A DNA stretch of 64,000 nt from Octopus vulgaris (lineage: Eukaryota): contig OX597818.1 in assembly GCA_951406725.2 (NCBI GenBank), forward strand, positions 128,526,001 through 128,590,000, written 5' to 3'. Both the position numbers and the translations under genes were made by a program. Position 1 is the first letter of the stretch, and every line of letters starts with the position of its first letter. The notes below the pieces were generated by a model. That model was not told the DNA's origin and searched no databases. It was given only the letters and a program-made list of their open reading frames with translations. This document shows positions 14,116-28,639 of the stretch, piece by piece.

Positions 14116-14524
14116 GAAAGAGGAAGAGGGGAGAAGGCCGAGAGATCATCATCATCATTATTATTATCATTATTATTATTATTATTAGCCTGAGGTATTG
14201 ACCAAATCTTTAAAGCATTGGGAAAATGCTTTGTAGTCTTTTTTCTTCTGGCTCTTTATGTTCTGAAAAATAATAGAAGCGCCAGATACATTTTATATAA
14301 ATAAAAGAATAGAAGAAAACCCGGGTTAAAAATAAGTAAGAAGAGGAAGAATGATAAAACTAGGTCAATTATAATATAGGCTACAGATAAGATAAATACA
14401 TTAATATATAAATCAGTGTATAATCCTAAGCTTTATTATATGAAGTAGTAGATATGGACAGGTAAGATATATTAAGATAAATGGAATGAAGATTTTGTAA
14501 GTTTGTACACTTCTACTTATATTT

Positions 14525-14839
14525 ATATGTATGTATGTATGCATGTATTTATGTATGTATGTATGTATGTATGTATGTGTGTGTATGTATGTATGTATTT
14601 ATGTATGTATGTATTTATGTATGTATGTATTATGTATGTATGTATTATGTATGTATGTATGTATGTATGTATGTATTATGTATGTATGTATGTATGTATG
14701 TATGTATGTATTATGTATGTATGTATGTATGTATTATGTATGTATGTATTATGTATGCATGTGTGTAAGTATGTATGTATGTATGTATGTATGTATGTAC
14801 GTATGTATTTATGTATGTATGTATTATGTATGTATTATG

Positions 14840-14873
<34 letters not shown>

Positions 14874-15528
14874 TGTATTTATGTATGTATGTATGTATTA
14901 TGTATGTATGTATGTATGTATGTATTATGTATGTATTATGTATGTATGTATGTATGTATTTATGTATGTATGTATTTATGTATGTATGTATTTATGTATG
15001 TATTATGTATGTATTATGTATGTATGTATGTGTGCATGTATGTATTTATGTATGTATGTGTGTATGTATGTATGTATGTATTTATGTATGTATGTATGTA
15101 TTATGTATGTATGTATGTATGTATGTATGTATGTATGTATGTATGTATGTATGTATGTATTATGTATGTATGTATTATGTATTATGTATGTATGTGTGTA
15201 TGTGTGTATGTATGTATGTATTATGTATGTATTATGTATTATGTATGCATGTGTGTATGTGTGTATGTATGTATGTATGTATGTATTATGTATGTATGTA
15301 TTATGTATGTATGTGTGTATGTATGTATGTATTATGTATGTATGTATTATGTATGTATGTATTATGTATGTATGTGTGTATGTATGTGTGTGTATGTATG
15401 TATGTATGTATGTATGTGTGTATGTATGTATGTATTTATGTATGTATGTATGTGTGTATGTATGTATGTATGTATTTTTGTATGTATGTATGTATGTATG
15501 CATTTATGTACGTATGTATGTATGTATG

Positions 15529-15559
<31 letters not shown>

Positions 15560-15790
15560 TATGTATGTATGTATGTATGTATCTATCTATCTATCTATCT
15601 ATCTAGATAGATAGATGTATATATGTGTGTGTAGATAAATAGATGGACAGACAAACCAACAAACAGACTGACAGACAGACCAACAGTTAGGCAGGCAGGC
15701 AGACAGACCAACGGACAGACGGACAGACAGACAGATAGATTGATAGATAGATACATACATACATACATACGCACATACATACATACATAC
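14525..15790. repeat. (TATG)n tract of about 1.05 kb followed by (TCTA)/(GATA)/(GACA)/(CATA) microsatellites
   Basis: Direct reading. Confidence 0.97.
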
Positions 15791-15931
15791 ATATGCACAT
15801 TATATTTCAATGCACTTATATAAAGTAAGATGTAACAAGATAAATGGAACAAAATTTATATAAATTTGACCTTATACACACACACACACATTCATACATA
15901 TACACACACATATACACACACACACATTCAT

Positions 15932-15979
<48 letters not shown>

Positions 15980-16249
15980 TATTAAAACTAAAAAAATCTT
16001 CACAAACAGCTACTCAGTGATACACATTACCATTCATTAGATGGCTGTGATCAGAACTGTTTGATGAATGATGTGAGTTTATTAGTTGATTTGCATCATT
16101 ATCTCTACATCAGCTCACCTGGAATCCTCTTATAAGAACTCTTGACCCTGCAAACTTAGTCGCCAGTAAAGAGTTCGGAGTGTAAGCTCAAATCATTTGA
16201 GCACTGCTACATGTTTCTATATTGAGAATCTCTGGATATCACCTGTAGA

Positions 16250-16465
16250 CTCTCTCTCTCTCTTTTACTCTTTTACTTGTTTCAGTCATTTGACTGCGGC
16301 CATGCTGGAGCACCGCCTTTAGTCGATCAAATCGACCCCGGGACTTATTCTTTGTAAGCCCAGTACTTATTCTATCGGTCTCTTTTTCCCGAACCGCTAA
16401 GTGACGGGGACGTAAACACACCAGCATCGATTGTCAAGCAATGCTAGGGGGACAAACACAGACAT

Positions 16466-16536
<71 letters not shown>

Positions 16537-16696
16537 TACGACAGGCTTCTTTCAGTTTCCGTCTACCAAATCCACTCACAAGGCATTGGTCGGCCCGAGA
16601 CTATAGCAGAAGACACTTGCCCAAGGTGCCACGCAGTGGGACTGAACCCGGAACCATGTGGTTGGTAAGCAAACTACTTACCACACAGCCACTCCA
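16250..16696 (-). mobile_element. SINE family A, essentially full length; a degenerate second copy follows at 16715-17015
   Basis: Reverse complement of 35611-36015. Confidence 0.92.
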
Positions 16697-17054
16697 TGTA
16701 TTTATATTTTTTCCCTGTTTCAATCATATGACTATGGCCATGCTGGAGCACAGTCTTCAGTTGAGCAAATCGACATCAGGACTTATTCTTTGTTAGCTTA
16801 GTACTTATTCTATCGGTTTTTTTCTTTTTTTGCCGAACCACTAAGTTACAGGGACATAAGCATAACAACATCGGTTTTCAAGCGATGGTGGGGGAGACAA
16901 ACACAGACACACAAACACACACACACACGACAGGCTTCTTTCAGTTTCCGTCTACGAAATCCATTTGTAAGCCTTTGGTCGGCCCGAGGCTATAGTAGAA
17001 GATACTTACTCAAGTTCAGTTCTCAGCTCCGTGCAGTTCTCCAAGGTTCAGCAG

Positions 17055-17083
17055 ACACACATACACACACACATGCAAGCATG

Positions 17084-17151
<68 letters not shown>

Positions 17152-17242
17152 ACACACACCACACACACACACCACACACACACACACATGCACACACACA
17201 CAAACATGCACACGTTCACACTCACAAACACACACAAACCCA

Positions 17243-17278
<36 letters not shown>

Positions 17279-17285
17279 CACACAT
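17055..17285. repeat. (CA)n microsatellite
   Basis: Direct reading. Confidence 0.95.
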
Positions 17286-17675
17286 ATCTCTTAGATCCTC
17301 AAGTGCCAACTGCACAATGGGCAATGAGCGTTCTCCAATGCACCCAATTGGTTGCTTTCCTCTTAGCTCCACCGAAACCAATTCACATCACTATCATGTC
17401 ATCCTGGAATGTACTACACCACATCTTCCTTGGTCTTCTACTAGGTCTTTTTCCTCCTTCTGGCATCCACTCCATCACAATACTAGCATGTCTCTCCTCC
17501 TCATCATCATCATAATTTAACATCCGCTTTCCATACTGGAATAGGTTTGACGATTTGACAGGAGCTGACTCGGAAGAAGACTGCACCATGTTTTGCTGTC
17601 TGTTTTGGCATGGTTTTTATAGCTGGATGCCCTTCCTAACACAAACCGCCCTGCAGAGTGGACTGCAGTAATTAA

Positions 17676-17896
17676 CCCTTTAGTGTTTGCATTATTCTAC
17701 CAAAATTAATGCTTTTTCATCCAAATTGTTTTGAACTAATCGTGCATTATCTTGTAGCTATGAGATTTTGATGAAGTAGCTGTTAATTTTTAAAACGATA
17801 TTGTAGGGTTGGTGTGAGAGACCAGATCTGGCCAGTTTGAACATAAAACAGGCAGAATACTTTTGGCCGGATATGGCCGGTTTAAATGCTAAAGAG
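17676..17896. mobile_element. piggyBac-type MITE with TTAA target-site duplication
   Basis: ttaa|ccctttagtgttt ... aaatgctaaagag|ttaa; second copy at 39192-39401. Confidence 0.85.
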
Positions 17897-19306
17897 TTAA
17901 AGCACTTGGCTAGGAAACCATATCCTGCAAATTTCCTATGCTAGCTCTTCTCATCACCTCTTTGTTTCTCATTCTGTCCTGCTAAGAGATGACCAGGCAA
18001 TATCAATTGAAAAAGGAGGAGAGTTGATTGTGGGGCTAGCAATCCTTCCCAATGAAAACATTTACCTACTACAGAAAGAACAAGCATGGCATACACACGT
18101 ACACACACTCAATTGTATGTATGTACGTACGTGTGTGTGGTGTTTATGTTGTGTTTCGTAACAATTAGGGATAGATGAAACATTTCCCAAACTCTAATTA
18201 GCGCCAGGATCGATAAGATTGATTAAAATACTTGAAAGTGGTGCCTAACATGGCCACGGTCCAATGACTGAGACCAGGAAAAGAATAAAAAAATATATCC
18301 ATATACATACTAACATGCACACAGACACAGACACACAGACATAAACACAAACACACACACACACTACATGCACAGGCACACATGTATATGTACATAAATA
18401 TGCACACAATATAAGTATATACATGTTTCTGTGTCTGTGTATATCTGTATGTATGTATGTATGTGTGTGTATATATATACAAATATATATATATATATAT
18501 ATAATGTGGATAACATAATATATATTTTATATACATATAATGTATATACATACAGAAATATACATATATATTCATACAGATTCACGAGTATATATAAATG
18601 AGCATGTTAGTGAGTGAGTGTGTGTTTGTGTGTATGTGTGTGTACCTGAATATATAAATGTGTGTTCGTACACATGTATTCATGTAGGCATGGACATTTA
18701 TCAATATAAGTAACATCTATAATTTAAAAGTACATCGTCTTATTTCACACCAGAATCTGTTGTCTTCCCATAATCATTGCCAAATATTCAACTGTCTGGC
18801 ACCAAATATTATTGATTATACACTATTGTGCTTTGTAAATTGTTTGCAATCGTTATTTGTATTTATTATTAACTCATGGAACCATGATATTAAAATCTTT
18901 CTTTGAAACTCACTTCTATGCACACACATGCACACACAAATACATACACACGCACACACACATGTATGTATTTGTATATATATGTAAGCACATATACATA
19001 CATACATACTTATACTTTATTTGATGGCATAAAAGGTGCATGGGCATATTTGATGCACCCCAATTTCAGGGGGGGGGAAAAATATCCTTAGTGCATTAAA
19101 GCATGTAATATACACCCAGTTTTGCATATAGAACTCAGGGTGACTTTTTAAGACATCATTTTGAGGGGAAAAAACATACATCATATATGCCATCAAATAT
19201 GCGTGTGTGCTTTTGTATATATGATACCCTAATTGAATTGGTATATGTATATGTATATGTCTATATATGTGTATATCTATATATATATATGTCTGCTTGT
19301 TTAACC

Positions 19307-19379
<73 letters not shown>

Positions 19380-19503
19380 CATACATATATATATATATTG
19401 CCTTTACTCATATGTAATGGTGTATTAAAGTATGGATTGAGTATCATCGGATAGTTGATGTTTTACTGATTTAAGTATGTTTCTCCATTCTCTAATTTTT
19501 TAG

Positions 19504-19537
<34 letters not shown>

Positions 19538-19540
<3 letters not shown>

Positions 19541-19675
19541 CAAATAAGAAAATGGAGGAACAGCGTCCTTTCAATCATCGACTTACAGATAATACCAATT
19601 CAAATAATATGAATTGGTATTATCTGTAAGTTGATGATTGTAAGGAATCTATTCCTCCGTTTTCTTATTTTGTAT
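19538..19675. repeat. Fold-back inverted repeat, arms about 64 bp, 9-nt loop, inside a TA-flanked element (19538-19850)
   Basis: ...cttacagataataccaattc aaataatat gaattggtattatctgtaag... Confidence 0.9.
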
Positions 19676-19847
19676 TATGATTTTGAGGTAAAATATTTTA
19701 CCTTCGCCCATCTAATACAATAAATGAATTAATTGCATTGCAATTGTAATCATTTATGTATTTGCCTTTAGGGTACTTCACTAGCAGTATGTTGGATAAC
19801 TGATATCCCATAGTGGGTTACACTCATAACCCCTATCTCACTTTGTA

Positions 19848-19898
<51 letters not shown>

Positions 19899-19905
19899 AT
19901 ATATA

Positions 19906-20452
19906 GGTTACTTGGAAAAGGATGCGTGGCGTTCGATCATATAATAATATAAATAATATATAAATATATGCATATATATATATATACATATATGTACATA
20001 ATTATATCTATATGTATATATACATGCATATATGGGTACAGAACATCAAAAAAACATTGTACACAATGAGAAATGAAAACATAAAAACAAAAACATGGAA
20101 ACAAACTTTTTTTTCAAACAATGAAAGAACAGAGTACAAGACATACAACACAAGGAATATTCTCCTTCTTCAGTTGTCCCTGTTTCGTCTACTCTGCGTG
20201 TGTACCTTTGAAACGCGGAGTAGACAAAACAGGGACAACTGAAGAAGGGGAATATTCCTTGTGTTGTATGTCTTGTACTCTGTTTTTTCGTTGTTTGAAA
20301 AAAAAAGTTCGTTTCCAGGTTTTTGTTTTTATGTTTTCATTTCTCATTGTGTTCAACGTTTTTTTGATGTCCTGTACCCATATATGCATGTATATATACA
20401 TATAGATGTAATTATGTACATGCATATATGTATATATGCATATATTTATATA

Positions 20453-20460
<8 letters not shown>
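19906..20460. mobile_element. Fold-back element with arms of about 240 bp and a 13-nt loop (20200-20212), TA-flanked; Penelope-like inverted dimer
   Basis: 19955-20199 is the reverse complement of 20213-20455; same family at 43630-44045. Confidence 0.8.
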
Positions 20461-20505
<45 letters not shown>

Positions 20506-20554
20506 GTGTGTGTGTGTGTGTGTTTTATGAATATACATGCATACATCAATATAT

Positions 20555-21267
<713 letters not shown>

Positions 21268-21348
21268 TATGCATGCAAACTTCTTTAGGTTAGTTAAAAT
21301 ATATTAGTGACATATTTCAACTTCTGATGACAAATTCACTACATTTAC

Positions 21349-21432
21349 CATGGAGAAAATATTCTGTGCTGGTATAGTCTTCCCCTGCCAACAGAGAAGA
21401 CCATGGCAGAGGAGATAAAAGGGTAGAAATGT
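21349..21432 (-). CDS. Candidate 84-nt internal coding exon of a host gene (phase-0 reading TFLPFYLLCHGLLCWQGKTIPAQNIFSM)
   Basis: Acceptor tttgttcag|, donor catg|gtaaat, non-repeat sequence, length divisible by 3; all three frames are open, so the frame is inferred. Confidence 0.45.
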
Positions 21433-22079
21433 CTGAACAAATGTACATTAATACAATAGACTTGTCTAATAAATCTGATTAAAAAACAGTGACTGAGTCA
21501 AAATCATTGAATTCATTGTTATTTGCAATCCTAGAAGATATAATGTTAACTGTTTCTCTAAATTGCATTCAAAACATTGCTTCATTATTTCGGCCATAGG
21601 TAGAAAATGGTTGAAAATCACTGGGCTAAAGTATGATTGAGGGACAAGACAGTGTCTTGCTATTGAGCAGCATTTCTCAGCTGGGGTTCCTTGGAACCTT
21701 AGGGTTTCACAAAAGGTTCCTAGGGGTTGCACGAGAAAGAATGAGGTAAGCTAATGCTAATTTCATGATCGTAATATTACTATACATGCACAACATATTA
21801 TTGGTTATTGTAATATTGTAATATAGATATCATCCTATTTAACTTATGTTATCAAAAAATATAACAACCGCTGAGGATATATTAGTGATGTCTGTAATTT
21901 ATGGACACCCTATATATGTGTGTGTGTGTGTATATATATATTTTTTTTAATTTCGTAATGAGATAAAAAGCCAAGGCTGTGTAGATTACCAAACCTGGAA
22001 ATTAACTGCGGTCCATCTATAGCACTTATTCAGCATTACCTGACACCTTTGGGTCTCAATGATACCATTACCTCCCATA

Positions 22080-22134
<55 letters not shown>

Positions 22135-22647
22135 CATCATCATCATTTAACGTCTGTTTTCCATGTGAAGGTTTGATGTAGAAAGCTAATACTTCAGAGC
22201 GTATGCTGTATATGCTGCTTTTGCTCCAAACCTAGACAAACATTCTTTGTTTGCCTGGACTCAATGACAGTGTTCATTTATCTGAGTAACTCTTACACTA
22301 GGCAAGCAACTAAAGCACACACAATAGCATTTTGGTGACTCAATGCTGCTGCACTTCAAAACAATATACTAAATGCTCTCCACAAATAAATGATTTAGTG
22401 AAACAACAACTGTTATATGATGAAGTCCTTCTTGCATAACCCATATGTAGTTACAGGAGGGGAAGTCTCACAAACCAACAAGGGGAGCAACTACAGGGTA
22501 GCTGACCTGTTAGAAGCTGTAGTCAAATCTCAAAGAATGTATGGCCACAGCTAGAGTACAGTATGCATTTGATGAATCAAAACTAATCTGGGGCAAGCAA
22601 TAACTACTGATATACGAAAAGTGAGAGAACACTGGTGAATAAGAAAT

Positions 22648-23060
22648 CATCATCATCGTTTAACGTCCGTTCTCCATGCTAGCATGGGTTGGACGGTTCA
22701 ACCGGGGTTCTGGGAAGCCAGAAGGCTGCACCAGGCTCCAGTCTTATCTGGCAATGTTTCTACAGCTGGATGCCCTTCCTAACGCCAACCACTCCGTGAG
22801 TGTAGTGGGTGCTTTTTAAGTGCCACCCGCACAGGTGCCAGGCAAGGCTGGCAACGGCCACAGTCGGATTGGTGCATTTTACATCCCACCGGCACGGAGA
22901 AGCCAGTCGAGGCAGCGCTAGCATCGGCCACGATTCGGATAGTGCTTTTTACGTACCACCAGTCCAGGGGTCCTGGCATCTGCCGGGTGCCAGTCATAGG
23001 ATTGGTTCAATTTCGATTCCGATTTCGATTTCGATTTCACTTGCCCCAACATGTCTTCGC
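22648..23060 (-). mobile_element. RTE 3'-UTR copy; a shorter copy lies at 29295-29427
   Basis: Reverse complement of the RTE tail, starting (ATC)n gtttaacgtccg. Confidence 0.85.
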
Positions 23061-23417
23061 AAGCAAAGTGGGTTGGCATGGGTGAAATGATATGCCCAAA
23101 TTGCTATAGTGTATTCCATTGCTTGGTTGAGTTACAGTAAATTTTTATTGGAGCTATGAATTTGTGGTTAACACTTAGTGATTTGACAAACATGCTTAAC
23201 CTATATGCCATAGCTTAACAAGAGAACTAAACAACATCAGCAACATATTATTCAGCCAATCAGAGAGAATTTATGCAGTTGCTCAACCTGTAGGAAATAG
23301 CAGTTAGATCTCTCCTTTAAAAAGGAATGATACATAGTGTTGTTGTCCTGGATACACTGTCTGCAAAAAAATAAAAAATAAAAATAAAAAATGATAATGA
23401 TAATAATAATAACAGTA

Positions 23418-23462
<45 letters not shown>

Positions 23463-23463
23463 G

Positions 23464-25555
23464 TAAAGATCAGCTACTCATCAATAATATGATCTTGGAA
23501 GATTGTCACAAACAACACAAAAACTTGTCAATAGCCTGGGTAGACTATAAAAAAGTTTTTGATAGTCTACCATACAGCTGGATTAAGAAATGTCTGGAAA
23601 TGTATAAAATAGCACCTACTTTGTGAAACGTCTTGTCTGTAAGTATGAGATCATGAAGAACCACACTGACTTTGAACAGTGACAATGAATCTCTTAATGC
23701 TGGAGATGTAAGAATTTCATGTGGCATTTTCTAGGGTGACTCTCTATCACCACTCCTCTTTTGTCTAGCCTTAATACCTCTCTCGAAATTGCTCGATGAT
23801 GTACAATACGGCTATAAAATGTTTGATAAAAATATAAATCATCTCATTTACATGGATGATTTAAAGCTCTTTGCAAAAAATGACCAACAACTACAGGGCT
23901 TACTAGCGATTATTAAACAATTCAGTGATGGCATTAGGATGCAATTTGGCCATTTTTAAATGTGCAAAAGCTATCTTTATCAAAAGGAAAAATGACAGAA
24001 ACATCCAATGTTAATCTTGACCAGCAGAATGTCATAAAGGAATTAGAACCAGTGGAGAGTTACAAATACCAAGGGATATTTGAAGGGGACGGAATCAAAC
24101 ATTCAGTGATAAGGGAAAGGATCAGAAGAGAAAGTTATCGCAGAGTAAGAGCAATACTCAAGACAGAGCTGAATGCAAGAAACAGGATTGAAGCGACCAA
24201 TACTTACGTCCCATCTTACAGTTTCAATATCATTAACTGGTCAATTACTGAAATATGTAATCTTGACAGAAAAATATGAAAATTGTTGGCAATGCACAGA
24301 ATGCACCACCCTGAGGCAGCTATAGAACAACTTTATCTGCCAAGAAAAGAGGGAGGCTGTGGACTTTTACTGCTGGATTTAACAATGAAGATTTCAGCAA
24401 TTGGCCTAGACACCTACCTCAAAAACTCTGATGACTGGATGTTAAAACTTGTCTTAAAGCATGAAAACAAGAAAGCAGCATACTCAATAACAAAACAGGC
24501 AAAGGAATATCTAAGTGGATTCCAAATACAACAAATTCCAGAATCAGACATACTAGAAACAAGCACAGAAAAACTAAGCATATGAAAACCTGTGATAAAA
24601 CTGCTGCCTTAGATATTCTGACTGATAAATGGAAAGAAGAACCTCTCAATGGCAAATGCCCAATGAGTGCTAATAGTGCCAATGTTGACAAAGAACTTAC
24701 CTATCAATGGTTAGTGGTTTCTGGCTTAAAATCAGAAACAGAAAGGCTTATCATAGCAGCCCAAGATCAATGCCTACCTACAAGAAACTACCAGGCCAAC
24801 ATATTAAAGAACAGCAGCTGCCCAACATGTCATGTATGTCAACAACAAAATGAAACCATTAATCATGTTGTCTCCATGTGCAGTCTTCTTGCACCTACAG
24901 AGTATCTTAACAGGCATGATAGAGCAGCACAATATATTCACTGGGTAATTTGCAAAACCTAGAACTGCCCCATGATAATAACTGGTGGGAACACAAACCA
25001 CCTCTGGAACTTCACCATTCAAACTGACAGAAAGATAGATGCGAATAGGCCAGACATTATATTGAAAGACTTCAGACAAGAATCATGCCTCCTCATTTAT
25101 ATATGACTGTCCCAATCGATATAAATGTATCTGTCAAGACCTACCAAAAACTGAACATGTATAAAGATCTTGAAATTGAAACAGGTAAAATGTGGAACCT
25201 TAAGACTCAAACAATACCTGTTGTTACAGGGATGATAGCAAAAGAAGCTGATTGCTACCTATCTCAGATACCAGGAAACCCCAAAATGACAGAAATTCAA
25301 AAGGTTGTGCTCATGGGAACTGCCCATATCCTACGTAAAATACTGTCTATGTAATCCCAAATTTTAAAACAAACTCATAACTTTCTTATGTTTTCTTAAA
25401 CATTCTCTAGAACAATACTATGTACAAAACCAAATATATGACACCCTAGGCATAACACCAACATGAACTTCTAACTTGTCTCTTGAGGTCTCTGGGTGAG
25501 ACTTGGAGCCAACTTGTACAAATACAAAGCAAAAGTCAAACATATGATAATAATC

Positions 25556-25599
<44 letters not shown>
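23464..25599 (+). mobile_element. 5'-truncated R4/Dong-like non-LTR retrotransposon (RT, CCHC knuckle, restriction-like endonuclease), frameshifted
   Basis: WVDYKKVFDSLP, GDSLSPLLFCLAL, HLIYMDDLKLFAKN, LYLPRKEGG, IIAAQDQCL, CHVC...ETINHVVSMC, RHD, RPDII, KYKDL-like motif; (TAA)n on both sides. Confidence 0.92.
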
Positions 25600-25980
25600 C
25601 CTTTCTACTATAGGCTCAAATCCTGAAATTTGGGGAAGGGGATAAATCAATTACATCGACCCCAGTGTTCAACTGGTACTTATTTCATCAACTCCAAAAG
25701 GATGAAAGGCAAAGTCGACCTCAGTGGAATTTGAACTCAGAATGTGAAGATGAGTGAAATACTGCTAAGCATTACACCCAACATGCTAATGATCCTGCCA
25801 GCTTACCAATAATAATAAGAATGGTTTCAAATTTTGATACAAGGCCAGCAATTTTGGGGGCGAGAGTTAGTCAATTACATTAACCCCAGTGACCAACTGG
25901 TACATATTTTATCGACCCCAAAAGGATGAAAAGCAAAGTTGACTTCAGCAGCATTTGAACTCAGAACATAAAGACTAATA
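25600..25980 (-). mobile_element. Two diverged SINE family C copies
   Basis: atcgaccccagtgttcaactggtact...aaaggatgaaaggcaaagtcgacc motif occurs twice. Confidence 0.8.
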
Positions 25981-26055
25981 GGTCATACCTGGAGTACTTT
26001 CAATCATAAATCCACTCTTTTAGAAATAGCCTGTGAAGAACAAGAGGTACACTAT

Positions 26056-26261
26056 CCTCCTCTTCCTCCTTTTCCTCCTCTTCCTTCTGTTCCTCCTGTT
26101 CCTCCTGTTCCTCCTGTTCCTCCTGTTCCTCCTTTTCCTCCTCTTCCCCCTCTTCCTCTTCCTCCTCTTCCTCTTCTGCCTCCTCTTCCTCCTTTTCCTC
26201 TTCTTCCTCCTCTTCCTCCTTTTCCTCTTCTTCCTCCTTTTCCTCTTCTTCCTCCTCTTCT

Positions 26262-26295
<34 letters not shown>

Positions 26296-26333
26296 TTTCC
26301 TCCTCTTCCTCTTCTTCCTCCTCTTCTTCCTCT

Positions 26334-26365
<32 letters not shown>

Positions 26366-26996
26366 TTCCTCCTCTTCCTCCTCTTCCTCCTTTTCCTCCT
26401 CTTCCTCCTTTTCCTCTTCTTCCTCCTCTTCCTCCTTTTCCTCCTCTTCCTCCTTTTCCTCTTCTTCCTCCTCTTCCTCCTTTTCCTCTTCTTCCTCCTT
26501 TTCCTCTTCTTCCTCCTCTTCTTCCTCCTCTTCCTCCTCTTCCTCCTCTTCCTCCTTTTCCTCCTCTTCCTCCTCTTCCTCCTTTTCCTCATCTTCCTCC
26601 TCTTCCTCCTTTTCCTCCTCTTCCTCCTCTTCCTCCTTTTCCTCCTTTTCCTCCTTTTCCTCCTTTTCCTCCTCTTCCCCCTCCTCTTCTTCCTCCTTTT
26701 CCTCTTCTTCCTCCTCTTCCTCCTTTTCCTCCTCTTCCTCCTTTTCCTCCTTTTCCTCCTTTTCCTCTTCTTCCTCCTTTTCCTCCTTTTCCTCCTTTTC
26801 CTCTTCTTCCTCCTTTTCCTCCTCTTCCTCCTTTTCCTCTTCTTCCTCTTCTTCCTCCTTTTCCTCTTCTTCCTCCTCTTCCTCCTTTTCCTCTTCTTCC
26901 TCCTTTTCCTCTTCTTCCTCCTCTTCCTCCTCTTCTTCCTCCTCTTCTTCCTCCTCTTCCTCCTCTTCCTCCTCTTCCTCCTCTTCCTCTTCTTCC

Positions 26997-27031
<35 letters not shown>

Positions 27032-27185
27032 TTCCTCTTCTTCCTCCTTTTCCTCTTCTTCCTCCTCTTCCTCCTTTTCCTCTTCTTCCTCCTTTTCCTC
27101 TTCTTCCTCCTCTTCCTCCTCTTCTTCCTCCTCTTCTTCCTCCTCTTCCTCCTCTTCCTCCTCTTCCTCCTCTTCCTCTTCTTCC

Positions 27186-27220
<35 letters not shown>

Positions 27221-27475
27221 TTCCTCCTTTTCCTCCTTTTCCTCCTTTTCCTCCTCTTCCTCCTCTTCCTCCTCTTCCTCCTTTTCCTCCTTTTCCTCTT
27301 CTTCCTCCTCTTCCTCCTCTTCCTCCTCTTCCTCCTTTTCCTCCTTTTCCTCCTTTTCCTCCTTTTCCTCCTTTTCCTCTTCTTCCTCCTCTTCCTCCTC
27401 TTCCTCCTCTTCCTCTTCTCCCTCTTCTCCCTCTTCTTCCCCCCTCTCCTCCCCCTCCTCCCCCCCTCCTCCTCA
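26056..27475. repeat. 1.4-kb polypyrimidine minisatellite built from CTC/TTC/CTT triplets
   Basis: Almost purine-free + strand. Confidence 0.97.
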
Positions 27476-27613
27476 TCATCATCTGTTTTTCCATGATGGT
27501 ATGAGTATGACAGGTCACTTTCAACTCAGTGTCACACCACATATTGCAGTATTTCTCAAATTAAACATCTTAAAATCATTTCACACCACTTCTGCAAATG
27601 TATATGTATATGT

Positions 27614-27651
<38 letters not shown>

Positions 27652-27882
27652 ATATATTATCATTAGCATCACTTAAGTGAAAGACAGTAACACTGTTTCC
27701 TTTTTTCCAGACGTGTGACAACCAGCAGAATGAAAAAAAAATTCATTACTTGGAAAACAAGTAATGGTCGGTGACAGGAAGAGCGTCCTGCCTTAAAAAG
27801 TCTGTCTCAATAAACTTTCACCTAACCCACTCTGGTATGGATAAACAGATGTAGAAAAGTGTTGTTGATGGTGATAATAATC

Positions 27883-28095
27883 GGCGAGCTGGCAGAAACG
27901 TTAGCGCGCCGGGCGAAATGCATAGCCGTACTTCGTCTGCCGCTACATTCTGAGTTCAAATTCCGCCGAGGTTGACTTTGCCTTTCATCCTTTCGGGGTC
28001 GATAAATTAAGTACCAGTTATGCACTGGGGTCGATGTAATCGACTTAATCCGTTTGTCTGTCCATGTTTAGCCCCTTGTGGGTAGTAAAGAAATA
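27883..28095 (+). mobile_element. Full-length tRNA-derived SINE family C with a 10-bp TSD (gataataatc)
   Basis: A box tggcagaaacgtta, B box gagttcaaattc; central gcctttcatcctttcggggtcgataaattaagtacc recalls the MetaSINE domain; TSD at 27873-27882 and 28096-28105. Confidence 0.9.
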
Positions 28096-28147
28096 GATAA
28101 TAATCTGTCTCTCTTTCTCTCTCTCATTCTCTCACCCTCTCTATATA

Positions 28148-28610
28148 TAAGGGAGAGTCAAAAGCTATATGCACTCTTGTTTTTTCAATATATTTACACA
28201 AAAGCAGGGGATAAACAAATACGTCATTTTTCTATATAGTCTCCTTCATTTTCAATGCACTTAGTCCAGCAGTTCACAAGCTTGCATATTCCCACCAACA
28301 TATTCAGCTGGTCGTGCAACCATCTGCTTCCTTCACACCTTCATCCATAGGAAATTGATGACCTTGTAAACCATCTTTGAGCAGTTCAAAGATATGATAG
28401 TTGGCAGGGGTAAGATCTGGGCTGTAGGCAGGGTGTTCCAGCATCTTAAAACCCACGGGGGCCGTGTGTGTGGGCATACATTATCATGCAACAACAAAAC
28501 TTTCTTCAACAATAGGCTTTGACATTTGGTCTGAATCACTGGCTTCAGTTTTTTGGCCAGCAAAACACTGTATCTTGCACTGTTGATCATACATCCTTTT
28601 TCCAGAGGAA
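28148..28610 (-). mobile_element. mariner transposase C-terminal remnant
   Basis: VLLLHDNVCPH and a frameshifted HPAYSPDL motif. Confidence 0.8.
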
Positions 28611-28639
28611 TCAGATAACTGCTCCTTGTAGGTTTTTAC

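Noticed and set aside
16119-16241. Minus-strand coding exon bounded by cag|...cag|gtgagc
   Set aside because: Stops in all three frames and a purine-rich acceptor region
26020-27542. Protamine-like or RGG-rich ORFs
   Set aside because: Pure polypyrimidine repeat; no splice or promoter support
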